Positions 1 to 15,585 of a stretch of DNA of 64,000 bases are shown here, one piece after another (the stretch's first letter is position 1; each line of letters begins with the position of its first letter). A program made the position numbers and the translations under genes. Source of the DNA: Eledone cirrhosa. Taxonomy: Eukaryota. The stretch is from contig OZ024743.1 of NCBI GenBank assembly GCA_964016885.1, forward strand, positions 203,608,001 through 203,672,000, given 5' to 3'. The notes under the pieces were generated by a model. The model ran no database searches, was not told the origin of the DNA, and saw only the letters and a list, made by a program, of their open reading frames with translations.

Positions 1-2788
1 TCTATCGCATTTTTTTACTGTGGGTTTCGTTGTTGTGGTTGGTGGTACTTTGGCATATGTTAGGATGTTTTTTATTGACTTAGATTGTCTTTTGCTCTTT
101 ATGATATCGTGTGTGCGTAGGATTTGGTTCATTCTATGGTCCTTTTTCAACACAGGGATGTTCTGGAGGATGGTGTCAAAGGCCTCATTGTTGAGGGGGT
201 TGTGTGTGGAGATGTATGGAAGAGCTTTTAGTTTCGGTTGATTTACTTTAGGGTGTCTAAGGTCCTGGGTACTGAGTTTTAGGGCACGTTGGATTCCATT
301 GTCAATTAGTGATGCAGGGTAGTCCCTGCCTATGAGTGTGTCCTTTAGTTCTTGTAGCCGTAAGTAGCAGGTGTTTTTATTGGAGATTATAGTACAGATT
401 CTCTTGGCTAAGTTGTAGGGAATATTAATTTTAACGTGTCTAGGGTGGCAAGAGTTGAAAGGAAGATATTGCTTGGAGTCTGTGGGCTTGTAGTATATGT
501 CTGTTTCTATTTTTTTTGTTATGGATCTTAATGAGGATGTTGAGGAAGGGGAGTTGTTGATGGCTGTATTCCATCGTGAAGTTAATATTCGTGTTGAGCC
601 CATTTATAAGGGTGTGAAATTCTTTGAGTGTTTCGATGTTTTCGTGCCAAAGGATGAAGCAGTCATCTAGATATCGCTTCCAGTTCCTTTCAATGTGTAA
701 GTGGAGATTTTTTCCAAATTTGTTTAGGACTTTAGTGTAGAGGGTGATTTCCAGGTACCCCATGACTAGGTTGGTATAAGTGGGGGCTGTTTTCGTTCCC
801 ATAGCGGTCCCAGATTTCTGCCTGTAGGGTTTGTTATTGAAAACGATGTAATTGTTCTCCAAGATAAATTTGAGTCCCTCTATCACGAATTCTTTTTTGA
901 TGCGTTGTGGGAGTTCATTGTGGTAATTATCCAGCCAGAATTGGATAGCTGCTATTCCTAGGTTGTGGGGGATGTTGGAGTATAGGTTGTCTACATCGAA
1001 CGTCACTAGTAGGGTTTGTTCAGAAAGTGGCATATTAGGGAGGTGATTGAGCATATCTAGGTCGTCCCTTATATAGCTTTTGATGTGTTTGAGAAAGGGC
1101 TTGAGAAGGGTATCAATGAAGTTGCTAAGGCGGTGGGTTTCGCAAGCGGGGCCTGCTATTATAGGTCTTAATTTGAGATCATTGGGTGATGGGGACATTG
1201 ATGACTATGTCTGTGGCTTCCTTGCATGCCTTACTTATTAATTCGCTTTTATGCACTTTAGCGATACCGTAGAAAAGGCTGAATTTACTTGTGAAGTCTG
1301 TGATGAAGCTGAATTCCTTGTTAGTGAGTCCTTCTTTGTATTGGTTGATTAGAGTTTTTAGGTTTCTCATAATTTTCTGTTGATTGTAGTGTTCAGCCTT
1401 TTCGTAGTATGTTTCGTTTTCCAAAGTGGAGAGCGCTAAGTTGATATAGAATTCTGTCTCCATTAGGACTACTGTACTCCCTTTATCTGCCTCTTTAATT
1501 GTAATGGTTCTGTCGTTTTTTAATCTATTTAATTCTTCCCATTCTTTCTTGTTGAGGTTTGGCTTGTGTTTTTGTCTGTGCAAGTGTTGGTAAGGGAAGT
1601 GTGTGATGTGTTCACAGAATTCGTCCAGGATTTTATTTCTACCTTTTGATGGGGTGTAATTTCTTCTATTTCTGGCTAATGATTCATCCTCATTGTACTG
1701 GTCGAATAGTTGTTCACTGAGTCGTAACTTTCTACAGAAGTCTGTGATCTCTTCCTTCATTTCATAGTAGTTAGGATGTAGTGGGGTCGGTGTGAATTTA
1801 AGACCTTTGGAGAGTAAGTTGATAAGGTTGGGTGTTGGTTCTGCACTAGTTGATAATTTTTATTACTATCGGTTTCTCCTCCCTGTCTTGTGTTATTTTG
1901 TTTGCCTGTATCTGTGTGCTGTGTCTAAAAAATGGTTGGGGTAGAGGGGTTGTCTGCTGATGTTAAGTGGTCTCCTGTGTTTGTAATATTCCTTGTTGTT
2001 GTAAAATGTGGTTCGGGTTGGTGGTTGTAGATTGAATGGGGTGTTCCTGTACTGCGAGTATGGGTGTGTGTTTCTAAGTACCATGTTGTATTGTAGTGTT
2101 ATAGGTGGCCTACGTTGTTGGCTGTATCGTGTGGTGTGGGTTTGTTGTGTATTGTTGAAGCGAGAGTTGAGAAAATGGAAATTACCTTGCTGTCCCCTTG
2201 AAGCGGGGAAGTTGTTACATCTATCATGGTGGTGGTATATTTTCCCTATGTTTGACGATGAGGCATCCGCGTAGTAGTTGAGGGATTTGGTATGGTGTCT
2301 CCTTGAAGGGGGAAAGTTGTAAATGTCATTCTGGAGGAGATGATTTCTTGGGTTTTTGTTCCTTCTTGTGGTAGCGAGGTTGGGAAGTTCATCTTCGGTG
2401 TGGTGCTTCCTTCTTCTTTTGTTAGTGGTTGGGGGTTTGAGAAGTTGTTGTGCGGTTCAGTTATGCGTTTTCCTATTTTTATGAACGGGTTATTGGAGGT
2501 GTAATCCGTTTGAAAAGTCGATTCATAGTGTAGGAACCAAGCGGCACTTTTTTCCCCAGCGTTGAAGGGATTTCAGTTCTTCTCTGTTGCAGTCCCCTTT
2601 CCATAATTTGGAGATCTTTTCTACCTTAGGGCCTTCAGTTTTATTGTTGATTTCCAGGAGGATCTCTTCATCCATGGTTTTGATTTTTTCCTCATTTGTC
2701 TGGGCCCTCAGTTTAAGAAGTTGAATTTCTGTCTTCATTTTTTCCAATGCCATTCGTTCCCTAAGGAGTCTTTGAGGTTCGGGTTCAT
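1..2788 (-). mobile_element. Penelope-like element, Neptune-type, decayed; 5'-truncated at a (TA)n tract and running off the left edge of the window
   Basis: Frameshifted ORF pieces 2523-2788, 1179-1760 (ADKG motif) and 440-1198 (RPII, FDVDNLYSNI, GTAMGTKTAP, RYLDD). Bases 1-900 are near-identical to 44268-45168, which continues into a Cys linker and GIY-YIG domain. Confidence 0.92.
440..1760 (-). pseudogene. PLE reverse transcriptase (N-terminal DKG region + RT core), frameshifted
   Basis: Two overlapping ORFs with TIKEADKGS, LRPIIAG, TFDVDNLYSNIPH, QKSGTAMG and WKRYLDDCF. Frameshifts near 1190 and 510. Confidence 0.9.
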
Positions 2789-2815
2789 ATATATATATAT
2801 ATGTGTATGTATGTG

Positions 2816-2850
<35 letters not shown>

Positions 2851-2865
2851 ATATATATGTATGTG

Positions 2866-2930
<65 letters not shown>

Positions 2931-2970
2931 GTGTATGTGTGTATGTATATGTGTATATATGTATATGTGT

Positions 2971-3006
<36 letters not shown>

Positions 3007-3065
3007 ATGTGTGTGTATATGTGTGTGTATGTATGTATATATGTATATATGTGTATGTGTGTGTG

Positions 3066-3098
<33 letters not shown>

Positions 3099-3123
3099 AT
3101 ATGTATATATATATGTGTATGTA

Positions 3124-3174
<51 letters not shown>

Positions 3175-3285
3175 GTGTGTATATATGTGTATATATATGT
3201 ATATATATATATATAAATATATCTGTATATGTGTAAGTGTGTGTGTTTATGGGTGCGCGCGAGTGTGTGAGTGAGTGTGTTGTGA
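2785..3285. repeat. Compound (TA)n/(TG)n microsatellite
   Basis: Direct reading; representative of dozens of such tracts in the window. Confidence 0.97.
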
Positions 3286-3476
3286 ATGTGTCTGTTGATT
3301 CTTGGCATATTGTTGAATAGTTTAACAGAAATTTGAAGATAATTGTATGATATGCACTCAATATTTTGAATTTGTCTACAGAATTCTCTAAACCGTTGTC
3401 ACTTAGTAGAAGCTTAAAGAATTTAGCTTTAAATCTATCAACCATGACTGACCCCCACTGATCTTATAGACACCTG

Positions 3477-3948
3477 TCTCTTCAAGTGGTAGGAGAGGGT
3501 AGGGAGTGGGATGGGTGTAGGTCATAGGTTGATAGAAAAGGGAATTCATTAAAAGCTAATTCTACAAATCTATAGTTTATAGCTTAAGAGAAACTTAATA
3601 ATAAGGAGTGGCACCCCATCCTGAACCTGTTTATAGAATTCTTTCTGCCTTTGTTACTCTAAAAATAAAAATAAAAATTTACTATAGATTTGTAGAATTA
3701 GCTTTTAATGAATTCCCTTTTCTATCGACCAATGACCTACGCCCATCCCACTCCCTACCCTCTCCTACCACTTGAAGAGACCTATAAATACCATACTTAT
3801 TTTTTGATACCCAGATTCCTGATGATTTCTAAAGAATGAAACAGTTCTAGTCCTGTAGTTTCTCATCTATATTAAAACTTTTATAATCTGCAATGTATTG
3901 AGTACCTTACTTACTGTGGTTACCTCCGATTCAATCCGGAATAACAAC
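3477..3948 (+). mobile_element. PLE 3'-end fragment with ~100-bp inverted repeat (3477-3576 / 3681-3781) and degenerate hammerhead
   Basis: gtctcttcaagtggtagg...ctatagt mirrored by actatag...ccacttgaagagac. CTGATGA (3819) ... GAAACAG-loop-CTGTA; stem I pairs poorly. Confidence 0.65.
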
Positions 3949-3967
3949 GTATATATATATATGTATA

Positions 3968-4016
<49 letters not shown>

Positions 4017-4049
4017 TTATATATATATATATATATATATACATAATAC

Positions 4050-4189
<140 letters not shown>

Positions 4190-4387
4190 TGTAGATAGAT
4201 CTACCAAGAGTTTACGGTAGTGTCTAATCCGTATGAAGAACTCAATGTAATCCGGATATCATGGAAAGAAGAGATGCAATGAAATATCACCCTCGGTGAA
4301 AGACAAACGGAATACAGAGTCAAGATAAAATATTAAAAAAATAATGAATAAAACAATGAAACAGTTCCTTATATTAAACAAAAAAAG

Positions 4388-4541
4388 TTCATTATTTAAC
4401 GATCGTTTCTAGGATATATATGTGTTAGAATTGGCATGCATATTCAACAGATCTATGTACAAAATTATACAAAATTATACAAACTATCAAAATTAAATAT
4501 ACATACCAACACATATATATGCCGTCTTCAGAAATAATGAA
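4388..4541 (-). ncRNA. Hammerhead ribozyme with long stem II (H1 3' end, inverted arm)
   Basis: Reverse complement of 10674-10827. Confidence 0.75.
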
Positions 4542-5120
4542 ATATATTTATTGATAATAACAACAATTCAAAATTACAGGTCTGTTTGGGAACGGAGTTC
4601 AAATTGACCAATGAAAATACAAAAAGTTTATACAGTTAGGTGTGTGTATATATGTAATTAACTTCGTTCACAGATATGCATAAAGATATATGTTCACATG
4701 CATACGCATGCCAAAAAGATGTATGTAAATACAAAAATTCAAGGCTAATGTCTCTGTATGTTTATAATCTACAGATAAAATACGTATTAAAACAAATATA
4801 CACACACATTCATATACTCACACATATACGTACATTCACACACACACGCGCGTATACGCATAAACATACACACAACCACGAACATACACACACACACACA
4901 CACCCACACACATATATATGTGTGTATATACTATTATCATAAGCATATGGACATTAATGCGCGCACATAAACACTGCCACACATATTTAGATCCAGATAC
5001 AGAAAGTAGGTGGGGGGTGAGAGGTCAGTATTTAGCGGTGTCAGCAAGCTGCCTATTTATAAATGTATCTATAAATTTAGAAATAAAAATAAAAGAAAAA
5101 TAAAAAAGAAATATATCAAG

Positions 5121-5161
<41 letters not shown>

Positions 5162-5208
5162 AGTAAAATATAAAATATACATTTTCAAAATATAAAATAT
5201 ACATACTC

Positions 5209-7393
5209 AAATTTAAAAAGTATAAATCTGTCTTTCAAAAGGACCTTCATTCTACCTTATTGGACCTAAAAAAGTCTAAAAAAATCCATGTCCACTCGGA
5301 CAAAACTGGTAACTTGTATCACATGGATATTGAAGATTATAATGAATTCATATATAAAGAACTCAGGAAAAATTATAAAAAAATCTAATAATGCGTCACT
5401 CACCAACATCAACAACAAAACACACAACATAGTAAAAAAACTAAACATTGAAGATAGAACTGAACCTTTGGCATTGAAAAGACCACACTTCAACCTGAAG
5501 GATCATAAATCAAACTTTAACTCAAATCCTTCTATAAGACTTATATGTCCCTCCAAATCTGATATTGGAATAATTAGCAAAAAAATTTTGGATAGAGTCA
5601 TCCCACAAATAAGAAAACATGTTATTTTACCACTCTGGGAAAACACTTCCCAGGTAATTAACTGGTTTAAAAATATTAGATGTAAATCTTCTGCTTCATT
5701 TCTACAATTTGATATAGATAATTACTATTCTTCTATATCACCTATACTCCTGAACAAAGCATTGATATTTGCTAAAAATAGATCTAACTTAACTTTGGAT
5801 GACATTAATATTATTACACATGCTAGACTAACACTTATTGAATTTCAGAATGAATACTGGACCAGAAACACATATAGTAATCTATTCGATATTACTATGG
5901 GTTCAAGCGATTCCGCCCAAATTACTGATCTTGTGGGCCTCTTTCTCCTTTTCAACATAAATGCCTCCTTTCCCCACCTTAAAGGTGGTTTATATCGTGA
6001 TGACTGTCTTCTTCTTTCCAACAACCTTAGCATTTCAGAAATAGAAAAAAACGAAAAGCATATTAGAACTTTCCTTAAAGACTATTATAGTCTTCATATT
6101 ACTTTTGAAAAAACAAGTAAAGTAGTAAATTTCCTAGATATAACTTTAGACTTAGCTACGGGTATCTACCAACCTTACCATAAACCCAACCAAAACTTAC
6201 ACTACATACACTCACAATCTAATCACCCTAAATCTATCCTTAAAAACCTTGCATATAATATATCACATAGAATTTCTAACCTTTCTTCTAACCAAGATGT
6301 ATTTGATAAAAATGCGACCTTCTATAACGAAGCTCTAGATAGAAGTGGCCACAAAAATAGATTAGAATATATACCTTCTACTAAAAATACTATAAACATA
6401 CAACCTAATATTACCAACAAACACCAAATGAAAAGTACACACCTAAATGCCACCCACACTATACCCCAAAATACCAACAACTCTTCTAATATAAAGTATA
6501 GTAACTCTCAAAAAACTACTCATCATACAACTCTAATAAATGTTAATAATAATACTCCTAATAAACAAGATAAAACACCTAAATCTACAAATCTAACTAA
6601 AAATGTGCGTGGTGAGATCATTAACATTAATCCTCCTAGTAAACATCACGATACAACCTATAAAAATAATAAACAACATAGAAACCGTAATAGACGGGTT
6701 ACTTGGTATAATGCTCCATTTAATTTACAAATTAAGGATAATATTGCTAAAAAAATTTTTTATATCCTGGAGAAAAACTTCCCGCCAAACCACAAATACC
6801 ATCAAATCTTAAATAGGTCTACAGTTAAATTCTCATACTCAACAACAAATAACATAAAACAAAATATAAGTGCCTATAATGCATATAAATGTAAGAATAC
6901 CATAAGTATACCACCAATACATCAAACTAACCATAATATCTCCTCAAATACAGAATTAACGAAAGGTTGTAACTGTAGAAACAAAGCAAACTGCCCATTA
7001 AAAGGAAATTGTCTTGTTAACAACATAGTTTATAAATGTAATGTTAAAACTAAAGATTCTATTTGTTCATATATAGGAGCTACTTCTAACAATTTTAAGG
7101 CAAGGTTTAATACCCACAAACATAGTTTTAAAAATGCCGCACTGGCTAATACAACATCTCTAGCAGAAAAAATCAATAGTTATAAAAATAAGAATATAGA
7201 ATATGATATGACCTGGAGTGTGCTCAAAAGAGCCACTCCTTATCAAAATAATAGAAATGAATGTAGATTATGTTCCCAAGAACTATTTGAAATAATGAAA
7301 TCTAAGGATATCCTATTAAATAAACGACAGGAATTAATTATATCGTGTAATCATAAACTAAGAAAAACATTTAAATATTATAAACCTAATTAA
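5209..7393 (+). pseudogene. PLE RT + GIY-YIG endonuclease polyprotein, 5'-truncated, one +1 frameshift in the A-run at ~5376-5382
   Basis: Upstream frame reads HSDKTGNLYHMD as in ORF 52215-54506. Motifs QFDIDNYYSSI, MGSSDSA, LYRDD, CNCRNKANCPLKGNC, IVYKC..YIGAT, CRLCSQE, LLNKRQE. Confidence 0.92.
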
Positions 7394-7881
7394 TAACATT
7401 ATTCTAGAAATTAATATATATTTTAATTTAAATGTTAGTTAACCTATAAATTTAATTTAATTAAAATTCTACTACAGATGAGATTATAAAATATTGTGTA
7501 ATCATAAATTATGAAAAACTTTTAAATATTACTAATATATACTTCGTAAATTAATTTATAGATTAATTTTAATTTATTTAACCTTTTATTAAAATTCCTT
7601 TACAGATAAAATATAACAAAATATCGTGTATTCAATGACAGAGAAATAATTTTTAGTATTATAGACCTAATTAATGTACATTTTAGAAACATATTTATAA
7701 TTTGGTTTTAAATTTGGTTAACCTAAAAACTTAATTTAATTGGCTTAAAATTAATATCCTAATACAGATGGATTGCAGAGTGTCATGTAATCATAGACTG
7801 AGATAGGTTTTGGATGTATACCTAGTTAATATATTCTTTGCAATTTTTGAAAAAATATGTATATGTATGTGTATATATGTG

Positions 7882-7918
<37 letters not shown>

Positions 7919-8780
7919 GTATATGTATATGTGTATGTATTAATTTTAATTTCTGTTTACCTATAATTATATTCTACTATGGATAAAATACAATATCTGT
8001 TTTAATTATTATAAACCTAATTAACATATACTATAGAAATTAATATATAATTTTTAATTTAGTTAACCTATAATTTATATTTTACTACCGATGTAATACT
8101 TTATTTGTTTTTTCCCTATTACTAAATTCATTTCCTAATATTGATACCATAACGTTAATAATTTTAATTTAGTTATACTATAATTAATACTCTACTACTA
8201 TTTAACTTCAAAATTCCGCTTCAAATATTATAAACCTAAGTAGTATACACCTTAGAAATCAATATATTAACTATCTTTAATTTAGTTAACCTATAATTAA
8301 TGGTATACTTATATTGAAATGCATAATTTTGCCTTCTTTCTTACATTTCCTAATACTGAAACTACTATGTAAACGCATATTATGATCTAAATACAGATTA
8401 ATATTCTATGTTTCTTGAAACCTATATTTACTATAATCCCCCCCCCTCCCCCCCCTACTATTATTATTTGTATTTGTAAACGTGGATGTATGTATGTATA
8501 TATAGGTAGGTATGTATGTTTGGGTGTTTGTATGTGAGTATAAAAATACATATGTGCGCATGTAAATAAGGGTGTATGATTGTGTGTATATATATATATG
8601 TGTGTGTATATATATGTGTGAGTATGTGTATCTGTATATATATATGTATCTATATATTTATGTGGGTATATGAGTGTATGTATATGTATGCACATGTATA
8701 TGTCTATGTGTATATGTGTGTATGTGTATATATGTACGTATGTGCGCATGTATATGTGAGTGTGTGTGTATATATATGTA

Positions 8781-8853
<73 letters not shown>

Positions 8854-9359
8854 AGTTGATGTGTATGTGTATATATATATGTATGTATGTGTATATATAT
8901 ATATATATATGTGTATATATATGTGTGTGTATGTGTATATATATATATGTATGTGTATGTGTGTACATATTTGTCTGACTGAGTGTATTAATTTATTTAT
9001 TTATTTATTTATTTTATTTCTTTATTTTTTTATATATATGTATATATATGTGTATATGTATGTATGTATATATGTATATATGTGTATATATATGTATATA
9101 TATATATATATGTATGTATGTGTATATGTGTATGTGTGTGTATATATATGTATGTGTGTTTGCGTGTGTACGTGTGTATATATTTATATGTGTATATGTA
9201 TCTCTATTTATATATGTATATATGTGTATGTATATCCCTTTATTTATGTATGTCTGAGTTGTGTGAGCGTGTGGTGGTGTTTGTATGTATATACGCATAC
9301 ATGGATATGTATGTATGTGTATATATGCGTATATGTATGTGTGTATGTGTGTGTGAGTA

Positions 9360-9440
<81 letters not shown>

Positions 9441-9528
9441 TATATATGTGTGTGTGTGTGTGTATATATATCTTTATATATGTGTATGTGTATGTGTGTG
9501 TATGTATGTATGTGTATATATATATATA

Positions 9529-9631
<103 letters not shown>

Positions 9632-9693
9632 TTATATGTGGGTATGTATGTGTATGTGTGTATATACATGAGTGTGTTTATGTATGTGTCTAG

Positions 9694-9767
<74 letters not shown>

Positions 9768-9912
9768 TGTGAATGTATGTATATATATATATATGTATGC
9801 GTGTATGTGTGTATATATATATATGTCTGTATGTGTGTATATGTCTATGTATTTATATGTGTATATGTATGTGTCTCTATATGTATGCGTGTGTGTATGT
9901 GTATACATCGAT

Positions 9913-9952
<40 letters not shown>

Positions 9953-9989
9953 GTATGTATATCGATGTATATTTTATATTTTACTTGTT

Positions 9990-10090
<101 letters not shown>

Positions 10091-10673
10091 CTTGATATAT
10101 TTCTTTTTTATTTTTCTTTTCTTTTTATTTCTAAATTTATAGATCCATTTATAAATAGGCAGCTTGCTGACACCGCTAAATACTGACCTCTCCCCCTCCC
10201 CCCACCTACTTTCTGTATCTGGATCTAAATATGTGTGGCAGTGTTTATATGCGCGCATTAATGTCCATATGCTTATGATAATAGTATATACACACATATA
10301 TATGTGTGTGGGGGTGTGTGTGTGTATGTATGTTCGTGGTTGTGTGTATGTTTATGCGTATACGCGCGTGTGTGTATGAATGTACGTATATGTGTGAGTA
10401 TATGAATGTGTGTGTATATTTGTTTTTATACGTATTTTATCTGTAGATTATAAACATACAGAGACATTAGCCTTGAATTTTTGTATTTACATACATCTTT
10501 TTGGCATGCGTATGCATGTGAACATATATCTTTATGCATATCTGTGAACGAAGTTAATTACATATATACACACACCTAACTGTATAAACTTTTTGTATTT
10601 TCATTGGTCAATTTGAACTCCGTTCCCAAACAGACCTGTAATTTTGAATTGTTGTTATTATCAATAAATATAT

Positions 10674-10827
10674 TTCATTATTTCTGAAGACGGCATATAT
10701 ATGTGTTGTTATGTATATTTAATTTTGATAGTTTGTATAATTTTGTATAATTTTGTACATAGATTTGTTGAATATGCATGCCAATTCTAACACATATATA
10801 TCCTAGAAACGATCGTTAAATAATGAA
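10674..10827 (+). ncRNA. Type I hammerhead ribozyme with ~115-nt stem II region
   Basis: ttcattattt-CTGAAGA-...-GAAA-CGATCG-TT-aaataatgaa: 10-bp stem I, palindromic stem III, GUU cleavage triplet. Confidence 0.78.
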
Positions 10828-10927
10828 CTTTTTTTGTTTAATATAAGGAACTGTTTCATTGTTTTATTCATTATTTTTTTAATATTTTATATACATATAT
10901 ATATATTTATATATATATATATACATA

Positions 10928-11057
<130 letters not shown>

Positions 11058-11105
11058 TTATATATATATATATATACATAATACATATATATATATATAT
11101 ATATA

Positions 11106-11151
<46 letters not shown>

Positions 11152-11155
11152 CATA

Positions 11156-11245
<90 letters not shown>

Positions 11246-11295
11246 TTATATATATATATATATACATAATACATATATATATATATATACATATA

Positions 11296-11370
<75 letters not shown>

Positions 11371-11397
11371 TTATATATATATATATATATATACATA

Positions 11398-11450
<53 letters not shown>

Positions 11451-11475
11451 TATATATATATATATATATATATGT

Positions 11476-11539
<64 letters not shown>

Positions 11540-11581
11540 TTATATATATATATATACATATCTATATATTATATATATGTA

Positions 11582-12308
11582 TATATAGTGTATTTTGCAA
11601 TACACTGTATGCTTAATTAAAAGCATTTCGAAGACCTTATGCAATTGTTTTAAAGTAGTGTCAGTCTCACTTACTTTACATTTTCAGCAAACAGGGGAGA
11701 TAAAGCTGACAGAGCTATGTTTCGGATTGATTGGTACTTATCAAATCCAAGTACTCCACCTGTTTGCTGAAAATGATGAATCTTTGATTCTTATAGAATT
11801 TCTAGTAATAATCAGGATCTGATTATACAGAGCGTTTGCTGAAAATGTAAAGTAAGTGAGACTGTCACTAATCTAAAACAATAGCGTAAGGTCTTCGAAA
11901 TGCTTTTAATTAAGCATACATTGTATTGCAAAATACACTATATATACATTCATATATATGTATCGCTATTTCAGAGCGCCAATTCTAATTTTCAATTTCT
12001 GCTTGACCGGCAACCGGTCTGTATAATCAGATCCTGATTATTACTAGAAATTCTATAATAATCAAACATTCATGATTTTCAGCAAACAGGTGGAGTACTT
12101 GGATTTGATAAGTACCAAATAGTAAGAAACAGTGCTCTGTCAGCTTTATCTCCCCTGTTTGCTGAAAATGTAAAGTAAGTGAGACTGACACTACTTTAAA
12201 ACAATAGCATAAATTCTTCCAAATGATTTTAATTAAGCATACAGTGTATTACAAAATACATTATATATACATTCATATATATATGGCTATTTCAGAGCGT
12301 CAATTCTA

Positions 12309-12310
<2 letters not shown>
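11582..12310. mobile_element. Non-autonomous ~320-bp retrozyme-like family R2, inverted + partial tandem insertion, degenerate HHR cores
   Basis: 11582-11835 is inverted relative to 11835-12310. Homologous to 61427-62115 and 49560-49790. The core here reads TTGATAA...GAAACAG..CTGTC. Confidence 0.75.
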
Positions 12311-12345
<35 letters not shown>

Positions 12346-12354
12346 TATATATAA

Positions 12355-12477
<123 letters not shown>

Positions 12478-12547
12478 TATATATATGCATATATATAAAA
12501 ATATACATATGTATATATATATATATATATATAAATATATATATCTG

Positions 12548-12637
<90 letters not shown>

Positions 12638-12649
12638 TATAAATATATA

Positions 12650-12712
<63 letters not shown>

Positions 12713-12719
12713 TTATATA

Positions 12720-12769
<50 letters not shown>

Positions 12770-12861
12770 AAAATATATATATGTGTATATATATATATAT
12801 ACATATATACATATATATAAATATATATATATGCATATATATATATAAATATATATATATG

Positions 12862-12897
<36 letters not shown>

Positions 12898-12947
12898 AAT
12901 ATATATATATAAATATGTATATATGTATATATATATATACATATATA

Positions 12948-12985
<38 letters not shown>

Positions 12986-13031
12986 TATATATGTGTATAT
13001 ATATATATATATACACAGATGTGAGAAAAAC

Positions 13032-13228
13032 CACAGACCCTCCATCTCAACTCACCTTTTGAAAAGCAGAAGAACTGCGAAACCGGTAAAGGAACCAAAT
13101 AAATATATATATTTTTAAAAAAAATAAGACTTCAGTTGCATTTTCGATTTCATCTCTTTTTCTTTATACTTTCACTCGTGTAGGACACCTCGGTTATTTT
13201 TCATTTTGTAAAAAAAACCTCACTTTCT
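13032..13228 (+). mobile_element. ~200-bp PLE-end-like repeat with variant hammerhead (second copy 14747-14943)
   Basis: cctt-TTGAAAA-gcag.agaa.ctgc-GAAA-CCGG-TA-aagg at 13055-13092; flanked by TA tracts. Confidence 0.65.
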
Positions 13229-13250
13229 AATATATATATATATATATATC

Positions 13251-13281
<31 letters not shown>

Positions 13282-13299
13282 ATATATATATATGTATTA

Positions 13300-13355
<56 letters not shown>

Positions 13356-13366
13356 ATATATATATT

Positions 13367-13402
<36 letters not shown>

Positions 13403-13403
13403 C

Positions 13404-13494
<91 letters not shown>

Positions 13495-13555
13495 TATATA
13501 TGTATATATATACATATATGTATATATGAATATATATATATATGTATATATATAT

Positions 13556-14320
13556 TACTCTTTTACTCTTTTACTGGTTTCAGCCATCCAGCTGAGGCCA
13601 TGCCTGGGCACCGCCCTTGTTGCTACACATTTTATCTCCAGCCTGTATTGGTTGGCCACTGGTGTAAGAGGGAGTTTGTGGCTGCTGCCCTTAGGTTTCC
13701 CTCGTGCCTTGCTGTGGGCTCATCCGGGATCCTGGATAACAATGTGTTGAGATGTTTCTTGAAGACATCCACCTCCACGTCATGCAAATCTCACAGATCT
13801 CTCGGCAGCTTCTTGAAGAGTTGAAGGCCCTTGTATCCCAGGCTATTGCAATACCTGCTCCTTATTCTAGATGTGGAAGACGGGACCTTTGGCACCACAC
13901 AGTAACGTCCTGTTCGACGGTTGGTCCAGCTCCCAATGCCAAAGTTTGGTGCTAGTCCCTCCAGGATTTTCCACATGTAGATCACTGCGTATCTCTCCCG
14001 TCTTCGTTCCAAGTAGTAGAGGTTCAGTTCCTTTAGCCTCTCCCAGTAGCTTGTCTCCTTCATCATGGCAATCCTCTTGGTTTAGCTTCGCTGGATTGCC
14101 TCAAGCTCCGTGGTTAGTTTGACAGTATGGGGTGACCACAACTGGGAGCAGTAGTCCAGGCGCCTTAGGACAAATGTTCTCCATAGTGTCAACATGGTGT
14201 CTTGGTCTCTTGTCCGGAAAGTCCTCAAGATCCAGCCAGCGAGTCGTCTGCACATTGTCGCCACATTCATGATGTGTGAAGAAAAAGATGCATCGTCGCT
14301 CATGTCTATGCCCATGTCTA
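13556..14320 (-). mobile_element. CR1-type LINE 3' fragment (family C2)
   Basis: [33 protein letters not shown]; ends in (TAAAAGAG)2 tail. Confidence 0.88.
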
Positions 14321-14332
14321 TAAATATATGTA

Positions 14333-14457
<125 letters not shown>

Positions 14458-14513
14458 TTGTATATATATATACATATATATATAAATATACATATATATA
14501 TATATATATATAA

Positions 14514-14590
<77 letters not shown>

Positions 14591-14599
14591 AATATATAT

Positions 14600-14731
<132 letters not shown>

Positions 14732-14746
14732 AAATATATATATGTC

Positions 14747-14943
14747 CACAGACCCTCCATCTCAACTCACCTTTCGAAAGGCAGAAGAACTGCGAAACCG
14801 GTAAAGGAACCAAATAAATATACATATTTTTTTTTTAAATAAGACTCCAGTTGCATTTTCGATTTCATCTCTTTTCCTTTATACTTTCACTCGTGTAGGA
14901 CACCTCGGTTATTTTTCATTTTGTAAACAAACCTCACTTTCTA
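14747..14943 (+). mobile_element. Second copy of the 13032-13228 repeat
   Basis: Near-identical sequence; HHR-like motif 14770-14807 with core TCGAAAG. Confidence 0.65.
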
Positions 14944-14985
14944 GTGTATATATATATTTATATATATATATATATATATAAATAT

Positions 14986-15068
<83 letters not shown>

Positions 15069-15072
<4 letters not shown>

Positions 15073-15515
15073 TACTTTGGGAGTGTCATGTTGCCAATAC
15101 GAAACACACGCACCAGTTGCTTTCACTTCAATTTATTATCAGAAATTTATAAGAAATTTATAAATTTATAAATTTCTGGTTGGTTGGTTCCACAACCAGA
15201 TAGTGTTTATATATAGTCATAGTTCTTTCGTCACACACTCTGTGACCTCTTCAGTGACTGGGGATTCCTTTCTTTGTTTCTGTGTTACGCCATAGAACTA
15301 TGACTATATATAAACAACTATCTGGTTGTGGAACCAACCAACCAACCAGAAATTTATAAATTATGAATTTATTATAAATTTATTATAATAAATTGAAGTG
15401 AAAGCAACTGGTGCGTGTGTTTCTTATTGGCAACATGACCCTCCCAAAGTATAACAATATCGGTTTCAACACACGATTTCAGATAAAGAATCTTGCTAAA
15501 ACAAATTCAGAAACG

Positions 15516-15518
<3 letters not shown>
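15069..15518. mobile_element. Non-autonomous PLE-end palindrome (family P1) with minimal HHR on - strand at 15215-15259
   Basis: 15069-15225 mirrored by 15293-15454. - strand agtca-CTGAAGA-g-gtcaca..tgtgac-GAAA-gaac-TA-tgact. Homologous to 62309-62860. Confidence 0.8.
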
Positions 15519-15582
<64 letters not shown>

Positions 15583-15585
<3 letters not shown>

